From contig JAZQKI010000001.1 in NCBI GenBank assembly GCA_045542075.1, forward strand, positions 488 through 64,487: a stretch of DNA of 64,000 nt. The letters run 5' to 3'. The notes beneath the pieces are model-generated. The model searched no databases, was not told the DNA's origin, and worked only from the letters and a program-made list of their open reading frames with translations. The number at the start of each line of letters is the position of its first letter. Positions within the stretch are counted from its first letter, which is position 1. Shown piece by piece: positions 10,301 to 17,007 of this stretch. The position numbers and the translations under genes are program-made. This stretch comes from Eubacteriales bacterium (lineage in GTDB: Bacteria > Bacillota > Clostridia > Oscillospirales > CAG-272).

Positions 10301-11736
10301 AATCACCCGATATAGACCTGAACTTCTCGGGTGAGGTGCAGGGAAAGGTGCATAAATACACTGAAGAGCTGTTTGGAGCGGAGAACGTGTTCCGAGCGGG
10401 CACTATAGGAACTCTTGCGGACAAGACGGCTTACGGATATATACAAAAATACCTTGAGGACAAGGGCGTCAGCCTCTCACGAGCTGAGGTAAACCGTATG
10501 GTATCCTGCTGTGTGGGAGTTAAGAGAAGCACGGGTCAGCACCCCGGAGGCATAGTCGTTGTTCCTAAGGAATACGAAATATACGATTTCTGCCCAGTCC
10601 AGCATCCAGCAGATGATCCCACGTCGGATATTGTAACAACTCACTTTACGTTTGAATATCTTCACGATACGCTTCTCAAGCTCGATGAGCTTGGACACGA
10701 TATTCCTACCAAGTACAAGTATCTTGAAAAGTATTCAAATACAAGTGTAATGGATGTCCCTATGAATGACCCTGACGTATACGGACTGTTCTTATCCACA
10801 AAACCTCTTGGAATTTCTCCCGAGGATATAGATTGTAATATCGGTACGTTTGGACTCCCCGAGTTTGGTACACGCTTTGTTATCAAGATGGTTGAGGAGG
10901 CAAAGCCAAAGTCCTTCTCAGACCTGCTTCAGATTTCGGGACTCTCTCACGGCACAGACGTTTGGACGGGAAATGCGCAGGACCTTATAAACAACGGAAT
11001 ATGTGATATTTCTCACGTTATAGGATGTCGTGACAACATAATGAACGACCTGATCGCCTACGGTGTTGAGAAATCCCACGCCTTCAAGATAATGGAGTCC
11101 GTTCGAAAGGGAAAAGGACTGACACCCGAATGGGAGGCGGAAATGCGTGAGGCAAACGTCCCCGAATGGTACATAGGCTCATGTAAAAAGATCAAATACA
11201 TGTTCCCCAAGGCACATGCTGCGGCATACGTTATGTCGGCTATACGTCTTGGTTGGTACAAGGTGCATAAGCCACTTGCATTCTACTGCGCAATGCTTAC
11301 TGTTGCGCCGGGTGGATTTGACGCGGCTGTAGTTATGGGAGGCAAGCGCAAGGTGGTTGAGACCATACGGGATATAGACAAGCGTGTAAAGGAAAAGAAA
11401 GAGGTGACACCGAAGGAGATACAAAGCCTTCCCGTGCTTCACCTGGTCAACGAAATATTCGCAAGAGGAATTAAATTCTTGCCGATAAATATCAAAAAAT
11501 CCGATGCTTCCGCATTTGAGCCCGAAAATGGAATGATACGAATGCCGTTTTCAGCTCTCGGCGGTCTTGGAGAGAATGCTGCGGCAAATATTGTTGCGGC
11601 ACGTAATGAGGAGCCGTTTTTCTCGGTAGAGGATTTGCAGATACGCGCTCGACTGACAAAGTCTGTTATTGAGGTGCTACGATCAAACGGAGTGCTTGAG
11701 GGACTTGACGAGACGGATCAGATATCTTTTTTCTGA
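7315..11736 (+). CDS. polC: DNA polymerase III alpha subunit, PolC type
   Basis: 1473 aa. It has a PHP domain (VELHLHTNMS), an internal DEDD exonuclease (VFDIETTGLS...HNATFDTGF...HHRACDDA), a zinc-finger region (CSECQY...CPRCG) and the polymerase core. Confidence 0.97.
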   Translation: MSKTFLEIFYKYKPDGDKRDILDTATDIKVQADKENRLLQAHVSFPRIVKKDELYQIEREIEKAYELNRVTLFVHYPSELFGENYIPELLRETETIGIVAKGFFSKYRFNLENSTLTIEIPFSVDGVSLLLDARTPEIMQGIIRSEFGLNIKVNIIHSDDMSFLMSNNSLEQTIREFDEKMSKRAILSEAIRADQPTGQATPADQTLPRIASIFKGDSTPVIEDGVCRIGHAKFDISSPEYFYGDAFTLQPVSIASITRPQRNIVVIGTVSGFTKELNRAGDKYNITFAIFDGNSSIEVKCFSLVQEDVDTVCSGIKDGAVVALYGYAKRETRKDKTEGLDFQFFFSAAAKIKRIPRTDNAPVKRVELHLHTNMSFMDALIHPDDAVKQAKAWGHPAIAITDHGNVQGYQQAMLTSEKIGQKVIYGMEAYFVNNTASAIYGNFNESFDAEAIVFDIETTGLSVQNDRITEIGAVKIRNGEIIDTFDIFVNPEMEISAEITELTSITNEMVKDAPLCDEALRLFFEFIHNTNPAHKPLLIAHNATFDTGFIRAAAQRYGMEFDYPYLDTLALSRFLNPDLKKHKLDIIAKHYNLEEFHHHRACDDADILAKIYFKMTKQMRDRDIASFTYLSKDMNANADPLKGDTYHQIILVKNKAGLKNLYKLVSYSNLKYFKKRPRIPKTELEAHREGLIIGSACEAGELFMAILENKPESEIEEIVNFYDYLEIQPISNNRFLIAKGKARDEEDLKNLNRRIVELGEKYNKPVVATCDAHFMNLEDEIYRQILLAGQKYSDYDTESQLYFRTTEEMLEEFSYLGEEKAYEVVVTNTNLINDMIDTDIRPFPKGTFTPNMEGAEEDLQRICYERARSMYGDPLPEIVAQRLDKELTSIIKNGFAVLYMIAQKLVWYSESQGYLVGSRGSVGSSFVASMAGISEVNPLPAHYWCSECQYNDFSNPTGAGSGFDLPDRLCPRCGKKLHADGHNIPFETFLGFYGDKSPDIDLNFSGEVQGKVHKYTEELFGAENVFRAGTIGTLADKTAYGYIQKYLEDKGVSLSRAEVNRMVSCCVGVKRSTGQHPGGIVVVPKEYEIYDFCPVQHPADDPTSDIVTTHFTFEYLHDTLLKLDELGHDIPTKYKYLEKYSNTSVMDVPMNDPDVYGLFLSTKPLGISPEDIDCNIGTFGLPEFGTRFVIKMVEEAKPKSFSDLLQISGLSHGTDVWTGNAQDLINNGICDISHVIGCRDNIMNDLIAYGVEKSHAFKIMESVRKGKGLTPEWEAEMREANVPEWYIGSCKKIKYMFPKAHAAAYVMSAIRLGWYKVHKPLAFYCAMLTVAPGGFDAAVVMGGKRKVVETIRDIDKRVKEKKEVTPKEIQSLPVLHLVNEIFARGIKFLPINIKKSDASAFEPENGMIRMPFSALGGLGENAAANIVAARNEEPFFSVEDLQIRARLTKSVIEVLRSNGVLEGLDETDQISFF

Positions 11737-11762
11737 TATGATGTATCAGAAATTATAACAAC

Positions 11763-11793
11763 AAAACCCCTGTGTTTCAAACACAGGGGTTTT
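11763..11793. terminator. bidirectional terminator between polC and the convergent nuclease gene
   Basis: Stem cccctgtgt / acacagggg (11767-11789) is flanked by an A-run on the left and a T-run on the right. Confidence 0.8.
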
Positions 11794-11804
11794 ATTTATT
11801 TGTT

Positions 11805-13667
11805 TTATCTTTTTTTCTTTGTTAGCACAAAGCCTGCCGCGATAGCGGTCACAAGTCCGATTAGGGAAATGCTTACAGTCGAGTCGCAACCTGCATCTGT
11901 TTGATCAGGAGGGGGAGTCTCGCTGTCATTTGGCTTGGAATCGGTGCTCGGACTCTCGGTACTCGGGCTCTCTGTGGGATCTTCGGGTGTGTCGTCGGAT
12001 GATTCGAGCTTGGGAATAGAATCAAGCTTTTCTTCGCCACAATCTTCGCATACGCTCTTTGAAATTCCCGAGCTGCTCTCGGTTGCGGGAACTATCACCT
12101 CAGGCTCTCCAAAGCTATGGCCGGAGACAGGGAAGACCGTACCGACAACGAGAAGCTCTCCACAATCCGCGCAGACCTTGTCGCCACTGTATCCATCCTC
12201 GGTACAGCTCGGTTTAGCTCCTGAAATAACTGTATTTTCGTGAGCGCAGGGAGTTGGAGGAGTCTCTGTAGGTTTCTCCGTAGGAGGTTCAGAGGGAGTC
12301 TCCGTGGGCTTTTCCGTAGGAGGCTCGGTGGGAGTCTCGGTTATTGCATCGTCATCTAATATTTTTACACACATAACGTAATTTGCAACGCCATTTATGT
12401 ATTTAGTCGCCATTTCTATTTTGCCATAGTAATTTTTGACGTATCCTCGGGCGACAATAGTATCACCGACCTTAAAGCCTGAAATGCCGCTACCCATATT
12501 TATCGTGTAGATAAGGAAATCATCTATTCCGTCTGTTATATATACGTCCTTGTAGTAGCTTCCGGTCTGACCTATTGCAACTACCTTGCCTTTTACGTAG
12601 AACACCTCGTCTGAAGATTCATCATTTGCAAGATCTGAGTTTGCAATGAGTATCTGTGACACGGTAAGAGGGTCCTCCAAGGTTCCGTTAGGAGTTGTCG
12701 GGGGAGGAATAACGGGTTTTTCAGTGGGAGTTTCTGTAGGAGCTTCTGACGGCTTTTGGGTGGGAGTTGTTGATGTGCCGCTCATAGCCTCACCTGACGG
12801 TGTTACCATATCGTCGGGGATCTCTTCGTCAAAAAGCACCCACGCAAGCTCGGGGTAGTCGATAAATACATTTCTGTTGCCCTGAATGTTCTGGATGACC
12901 TCGTTTCGTCCCATTTCCCAAGTGTCGACAGGGTCAAGCTCGCACCACTCAAGAAGAACGTCAACACTCTGGAAAACCTTGGTGATATCGGTTGCGCCCC
13001 AATCAGAGCCCCATCTTACGTAAACGTACAGACATATTCTTGCAACGTCGCCCTTGACATTATCCAGGGGCTCATAATACGTGGAGCTGTGTCCACCGAG
13101 GTAGCCTGATGCGGGATTTGATCCATAGACTGCCTTACCGGTTGCCGCATATCCGTATTTTTTGTTACTGCGAGTGCTATTTACAACAGCGTCAGAAGGA
13201 CGAATGTGATGCATGTCAGCTCCGCCACCCGTGGTTGAATTACCGCCGAGAGACTTGGGCCAAACGTGCTCGCGATTCCAACCGTTCCATTGACTCATAG
13301 TAGCGCTGTAGCTTGTATAGATAAGGGATACGCTTTCGTCTCCGTTTTGACAGTCCGTACGGTTAGCCTTATAATGACAGTCATCGTAGGATGATATATA
13401 CTTGTGTGTACTCCTCATAAGCGTTTGAAGGGAAGAATACAGTGACGACTCAGAAAGAGTCGAAAGGTTATCGTACGTATAATTTCCCGTATAGTAAGAC
13501 GGCGCGCTTGTTCCGTTAAGCGAGGTGCAGATAACATCTCTTTGACCTGAATTGTAATTCTTTGAATAAGACGAGGGCTGCGTTGCTGCAAGGATCGGCA
13601 GTATGCTTCCTATTATAAGGAAAATTGATAGCAACACCGCCACAAGGCTCTTTGTATAGCGTTTCAT
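11805..13667 (-). CDS. secreted Endonuclease-I-family (EndA/Vvn/Bsn-like) nuclease with OB-fold-like module, Cys-rich module and C-terminal membrane-anchor tail (paralog 1)
   Basis: 620 aa. The RBS is GGAGGAC. The signal peptide is MKRYTKSLVAVLLSIFLIIGSILPILA. Nuclease motifs are NREHVWPKSLGG and DMHHIRPSDAVVNSTRSNKKYG. Two PTE-type linkers flank a beta-rich module of about 110 aa (VFYVKGKVVAIG...VGDTIVARGYVKNYYGKIEM). These are followed by a Cys-rich module and the tail GLVTAIAAGFVLTKKKR. Confidence 0.85.
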   Translation of the reverse strand: MKRYTKSLVAVLLSIFLIIGSILPILAATQPSSYSKNYNSGQRDVICTSLNGTSAPSYYTGNYTYDNLSTLSESSLYSSLQTLMRSTHKYISSYDDCHYKANRTDCQNGDESVSLIYTSYSATMSQWNGWNREHVWPKSLGGNSTTGGGADMHHIRPSDAVVNSTRSNKKYGYAATGKAVYGSNPASGYLGGHSSTYYEPLDNVKGDVARICLYVYVRWGSDWGATDITKVFQSVDVLLEWCELDPVDTWEMGRNEVIQNIQGNRNVFIDYPELAWVLFDEEIPDDMVTPSGEAMSGTSTTPTQKPSEAPTETPTEKPVIPPPTTPNGTLEDPLTVSQILIANSDLANDESSDEVFYVKGKVVAIGQTGSYYKDVYITDGIDDFLIYTINMGSGISGFKVGDTIVARGYVKNYYGKIEMATKYINGVANYVMCVKILDDDAITETPTEPPTEKPTETPSEPPTEKPTETPPTPCAHENTVISGAKPSCTEDGYSGDKVCADCGELLVVGTVFPVSGHSFGEPEVIVPATESSSGISKSVCEDCGEEKLDSIPKLESSDDTPEDPTESPSTESPSTDSKPNDSETPPPDQTDAGCDSTVSISLIGLVTAIAAGFVLTKKKR

Positions 13668-13763
13668 TACGTCCTCCGAATTCTATAAATTTAACAGTTC
13701 TTGCAGTCTGATTTTTATTATACGCTTTGTTTTTTGCAATAATAAATACAGACATACCATAAA

Positions 13764-13781
13764 CCCCTCTGTGCAGAGGGG
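13764..13781 (-). terminator. hairpin between the two nuclease genes
   Basis: Stem cccctct / agagggg sits immediately downstream of the paralog-2 stop codon. The T tail is weak. Confidence 0.5.
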
Positions 13782-13791
13782 ATTTATGTTT

Positions 13792-15396
13792 TTATCTTTT
13801 TTTCTTTGTTAGCACGAAGCCTGCCGCGATAGCGGTCACAAGTCCGATAAGGGAAATGCTTACGGTTGATCCGCAGCCTTCATCTGTTTGATCGGGCGGG
13901 GGAGTCTCGCTGTCATTTGGCTTGGAATCTGCGCTCGGACTCTCTGTGGGATTCTCGGGTGTGTTGTCGGATGATTCGAGCTTAGGAATAGAATCAAGCT
14001 TTTCTTCGCCACAACCTTCGCATACGCTCTTTGAAATTCCTGAGCTACTCTCGGTTGCGGGAACTATCACCTCAGGCTCTCCAAAGCTATGGCCGGAGAC
14101 AGGGAAGACCGTACCGACAACGAGAAGCTTTCCGCAATCCGCGCAGACCTTATCGCCACTGTATCCATCCTCGGTGCAGCTCGGTTTAGCACCTGAAATA
14201 ACTGTATTTTCGTGAGTGCAGGGAGTTGGGGCTTCGGTAGGAGTCTCTGTCGGAGTTTCTGTAGGTGTCTCCGTGGGCCTTTCCGTAGGAGCCGTTGTAG
14301 GAGTCTCCGTGGGCCTTTCCGTAGGAGCCGTTGTAGGAGTCTCTGTGGGCTTTTCTGTAGGAGTTGTTGTAGGAGTCTCTGTGGGCTTTTCCGTGGGTTT
14401 TTCTGTAGGAGCCGTTGTAGGAGCCTCTGTGGGCTTTTCTGTAGGAGCCGTTGTAGGAGTTTCCGTAGGCTTTTCCGTAGGAGTTGTGGAGCTGCCACCC
14501 ATGGCTTCACCGGAGGGAGTTACCATATTTTCAGGAACTTCCTTGTCGAAAAGTATCCAGGCAAGCTCGGGGTAGTCGATAAATACATTTCTGTTACCCT
14601 GAATGCTCTGAACGACCTCGTTTCGTCCCATTTCCCACGTGTCAACAGGATCAAGCTCACACCATTCAAGAAGAACGTCAACACTTTGGAATACCCTTGT
14701 AATGTCTGAGCATTTTGAATATTCGCCGCCCCATCTTACGTGAACGTAAAGGCATATTCTCGCAACGTCACCCTTGACATTGTCAAGCGGTTCATAATAG
14801 TTTCCCGTCATAGTTCCGCCAACCAATCCGCTCAAGTTTCCTGTCGAGCTGGAATTGCCAGAAACATTACCGTATTTTAGGTTTCCTCGTTGAGAATTTG
14901 TTCTGTTTTCTGAAGGACGGATATGATGCAGGTCGGCACCGGCACCTTCTTTATCAAATCCTCCAAGGCTTTTGGGCCAAACGTGTTCACGGTTCCAGCC
15001 GTTTCCATTGTTGTATTCGGCGTGGCTGGACGCATAGGATGTGTAGAGAGTAATTATAGATTTAGCGTCTGCGTTCTCGCAATCTGTTTTGTTGGCGTAA
15101 TCACGGCAATTTGAATAAGATGTTATTCTTGTGTGAGTATCCTTCATCAGTTTGCGCAGGGTAGAGAGCAAGGCTGACGAGGAAAGCTCCGAGAGGTTAT
15201 CGTACGTATAATCTCCCGTATAGTAAGCTGTCGCACTTGTTCCGTTAAGAGTTGTGCATACAACGTGCCTTTTGCCCGAGTTGGCAGACTTTGAATAAGC
15301 CGAGGGCTGCGTAGATGCAAATATTGGAATTATACTTCCGACTATAAGGAAAACAATCAACAGCATTGTTACAGTATGCTTTAAGAATCTTTTCAT
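13792..15396 (-). CDS. secreted Endonuclease-I-family nuclease with long Pro/Thr repeat linker, Cys-rich module and C-terminal anchor tail (paralog 2)
   Basis: The track ORF extends to 15564, but ATG 15396 follows CGGAGGC and gives a signal peptide, MKRFLKHTVTMLLIVFLIVGSIIPIFA. Nuclease motifs are NREHVWPKSLGG and DLHHIRPSENRTNSQRGNLKYG. The C-terminal 140 aa or so are nearly identical to paralog 1. Confidence 0.85.
   Translation of the reverse strand: MKRFLKHTVTMLLIVFLIVGSIIPIFASTQPSAYSKSANSGKRHVVCTTLNGTSATAYYTGDYTYDNLSELSSSALLSTLRKLMKDTHTRITSYSNCRDYANKTDCENADAKSIITLYTSYASSHAEYNNGNGWNREHVWPKSLGGFDKEGAGADLHHIRPSENRTNSQRGNLKYGNVSGNSSSTGNLSGLVGGTMTGNYYEPLDNVKGDVARICLYVHVRWGGEYSKCSDITRVFQSVDVLLEWCELDPVDTWEMGRNEVVQSIQGNRNVFIDYPELAWILFDKEVPENMVTPSGEAMGGSSTTPTEKPTETPTTAPTEKPTEAPTTAPTEKPTEKPTETPTTTPTEKPTETPTTAPTERPTETPTTAPTERPTETPTETPTETPTEAPTPCTHENTVISGAKPSCTEDGYSGDKVCADCGKLLVVGTVFPVSGHSFGEPEVIVPATESSSGISKSVCEGCGEEKLDSIPKLESSDNTPENPTESPSADSKPNDSETPPPDQTDEGCGSTVSISLIGLVTAIAAGFVLTKKKR
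14225..14488 (-). repeat. in-frame Pro/Thr-rich tandem repeat (PTEKPTETPTTA-type linker) inside nuclease paralog 2
   Basis: The translation is TTPTEKPTETPTTAPTEKPTEAPTTAPTEKPTEKPTETPTTTPTEKPTETPTTAPTERPTETPTTAPTERPTETPTETPTETPTEAPTP. The DNA shows an imperfect 24/36-nt periodicity. Confidence 0.9.
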
Positions 15397-15504
15397 TCCG
15401 GCCTCCGAGATACAAATATTTTTGAGCATAATATCACTAATACCATTATACCATATATTTGATTTTTTTGCAATAGCTATTATATATATATTGATAAATT
15501 TCGT

Positions 15505-15540
15505 CAAAAAAATGATGAGCAGTGCAAACTGCCCATCATT
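15505..15540 (-). terminator. rho-independent terminator after the small LRR gene
   Basis: On the minus strand the sequence is aatgatgggcagtttgcactgctcatcattttttt, a stem-loop followed by T7. Confidence 0.75.
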
Positions 15541-15584
15541 ACATATAATCGACATATAAGTCAAGTGAATTTGTAAATTTGTCT

Positions 15585-16268
15585 TTAGGATACCTTAAAC
15601 TGTTCAAAATTGAATCCGCTTTCGTAGAACGCCGCCGAGTTTACTATAACCGAGCGGTTGATTCTCATACCCTCAAGGGAAATGCAGTAAGCAAATGCAT
15701 ACTCATCTATATATTTCAGATTTGCTGGGAGAATTACTCGCTTAAGATTCATACAGGCATTAAACGTACTGTTGCTTATTTCACGCAGCTTTGCGGGGAG
15801 AGTTGCGCTTTCAAGGTTCTTGCAGCCCTCAAACACACCTGTTCCCATGAAAAACAGACTGTCGGGAAGAACTATATCTCTGATAGCCGTGCAGTAGGAA
15901 AACGCCTTATCTTCAATGGATTCAAGACGCTTCGACAAGGAAACCCGGCAGAGCTTTTTACAACCCATAAATGCACGCTCCTCGATAAATACTACTCCGG
16001 GGGCAATGATTATCTCAAGATCGGAGCACCAAGCAAACGCGTAAGCACCAATGGTGTTAACGGTAGCGGGGAGATTTATGGATTCGATGCCGTCGCATCT
16101 GAAAAAAGCCTTCTCAGAGACGCCAACAACGATTCTGCCATCGGGAAGCTTGTCCGGTATTACGATATTTGTGTCTGTACAAAAGCCAATGCCGTTTACA
16201 AGCACTGTGGTCTGACTGTCCTTGACGTACTCAAGTCCTATTGAAAACTTAATATCCAACCAAAACAC
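15585..16268 (-). CDS. BspA-type leucine-rich repeat (LRR_5) protein, no signal peptide
   Basis: 227 aa. It has repeated units of about 23 aa of the form C.xL.xI.LP..l..I...AF..C (for example CDGIESINLPATVNTIGAYAFAWCSDLEII and CKNLESATLPAKLREISNSTFNACMNLKRV). The antisense ORF 15579-16244 is a shadow. Confidence 0.8.
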   Translation of the reverse strand: MFWLDIKFSIGLEYVKDSQTTVLVNGIGFCTDTNIVIPDKLPDGRIVVGVSEKAFFRCDGIESINLPATVNTIGAYAFAWCSDLEIIIAPGVVFIEERAFMGCKKLCRVSLSKRLESIEDKAFSYCTAIRDIVLPDSLFFMGTGVFEGCKNLESATLPAKLREISNSTFNACMNLKRVILPANLKYIDEYAFAYCISLEGMRINRSVIVNSAAFYESGFNFEQFKVS

Positions 16269-16532
16269 GCTCCTTTCTGCTCAGGTATCCAAAAATCGCT
16301 TTGGTACAGTTATTTTACACCTCTTTCGATATTTTGTCAAGTCCAACTTTGTAAATATTTATATTCTGATGTGAAAGAGTGTCTTTTTTCCTTAAAGGTA
16401 CAAGCCCTTCTCACTAAACAATATTAAATATATTTGAGAAATATTACCTCAAAATTTGTTTTATTAACTTTGCGTTAATTATTTGTTGCTATAATTATAG
16501 TGTATATTTGTATTTTAGGAGAGGATTACTCT

Positions 16533-16976
16533 ATGAAAACAACTGTTAAGGTAAAAAAGCTTTCGGATAAGGCGATCATTCCCACGTATGGGACGGAGTT
16601 TTCGGCAGGCGCGGACATTTATGCGCTCCTTGATGAACCGGTGACTATAGCTCCGGGTGAAACCAAGCTTATTCACACAGGTCTTGCTTTCGCTATTCCC
16701 GAGGGCCTTGTAGGTCTTAATTTTGCGCGTAGCGGAATGGCAACAAAGCGCGGACTTGCTCCTGCAAATAAGGTTGGCGTTATTGATAGCGACTATCGCG
16801 GAGAGATTATGGTAGCACTTTATAATCAGGGAGACGTTCCCCAGACCGTCGAGCATGGCGACAGAATTGCGCAGATGGTATTTGTTCCATATTATACCGC
16901 AAGCTTTGAGCAGACTGACGAGCTTGAAAAAACAGCTCGCGGCGAGGGCGGCTTTGGCTCTACGGGAACAAAATAA
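16533..16976 (+). CDS. dut: dUTP diphosphatase
   Basis: ATG 16533 follows AGGAGAGG. Motifs include SAGADIY...ARSGMATKRG...GVIDSDYRGEI...GDRIAQMV...RGEGGFGSTG. Confidence 0.95.
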   Translation: MKTTVKVKKLSDKAIIPTYGTEFSAGADIYALLDEPVTIAPGETKLIHTGLAFAIPEGLVGLNFARSGMATKRGLAPANKVGVIDSDYRGEIMVALYNQGDVPQTVEHGDRIAQMVFVPYYTASFEQTDELEKTARGEGGFGSTGTK

Positions 16977-17007
16977 CACAATTTACATAAAGAGAAAGGC
17001 AAATAAA

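Noticed and set aside
714-11736. The tight pyrH-frr-uppS-cdsA-dxr-rseP-ispG-polC cluster as a possible novel operon
   Set aside because: This gene order is widely conserved in Firmicutes. Nothing beyond the small RseP insertion is unusual.
11805-14222. Two ~440-bp near-identical segments might suggest IS ends or a composite transposon
   Set aside because: They are direct (not inverted) repeats. Both are the in-frame 3' ends of paralogous genes. No transposase, integrase or target-site duplication is visible.
14067-14709. ORFs overlapping the Pro/Thr repeat (14067-14510 -, 14212-14709 +, 14216-14575 +). A similar set lies at 19196-19605.
   Set aside because: These are frame artefacts of ACN/CCN/GAR codon repeats in the PT linkers of the nuclease and lipoprotein genes.
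15397-15564. N-terminal extension of nuclease paralog 2 in the ORF track (start at 15564)
   Set aside because: The extension is AT-rich promoter-like sequence that includes the upstream gene's terminator. ATG 15396 has an RBS and yields a proper signal peptide parallel to paralog 1. I made similar 5' trims for ispG (6159 to 6225), dut (16500 to 16533), COG0523 (16855 to 17008), the lipoprotein (19206 to 19227), the Cys-rich protein (22058 to 22184), ThuA, proC, HAD and coaE.
15579-16244. 221-aa plus-strand ORF
   Set aside because: It is the antisense shadow of the LRR_5 gene (15585-16268). The minus-strand translation has clear repeat motifs. The plus-strand product has none, and it has no RBS.
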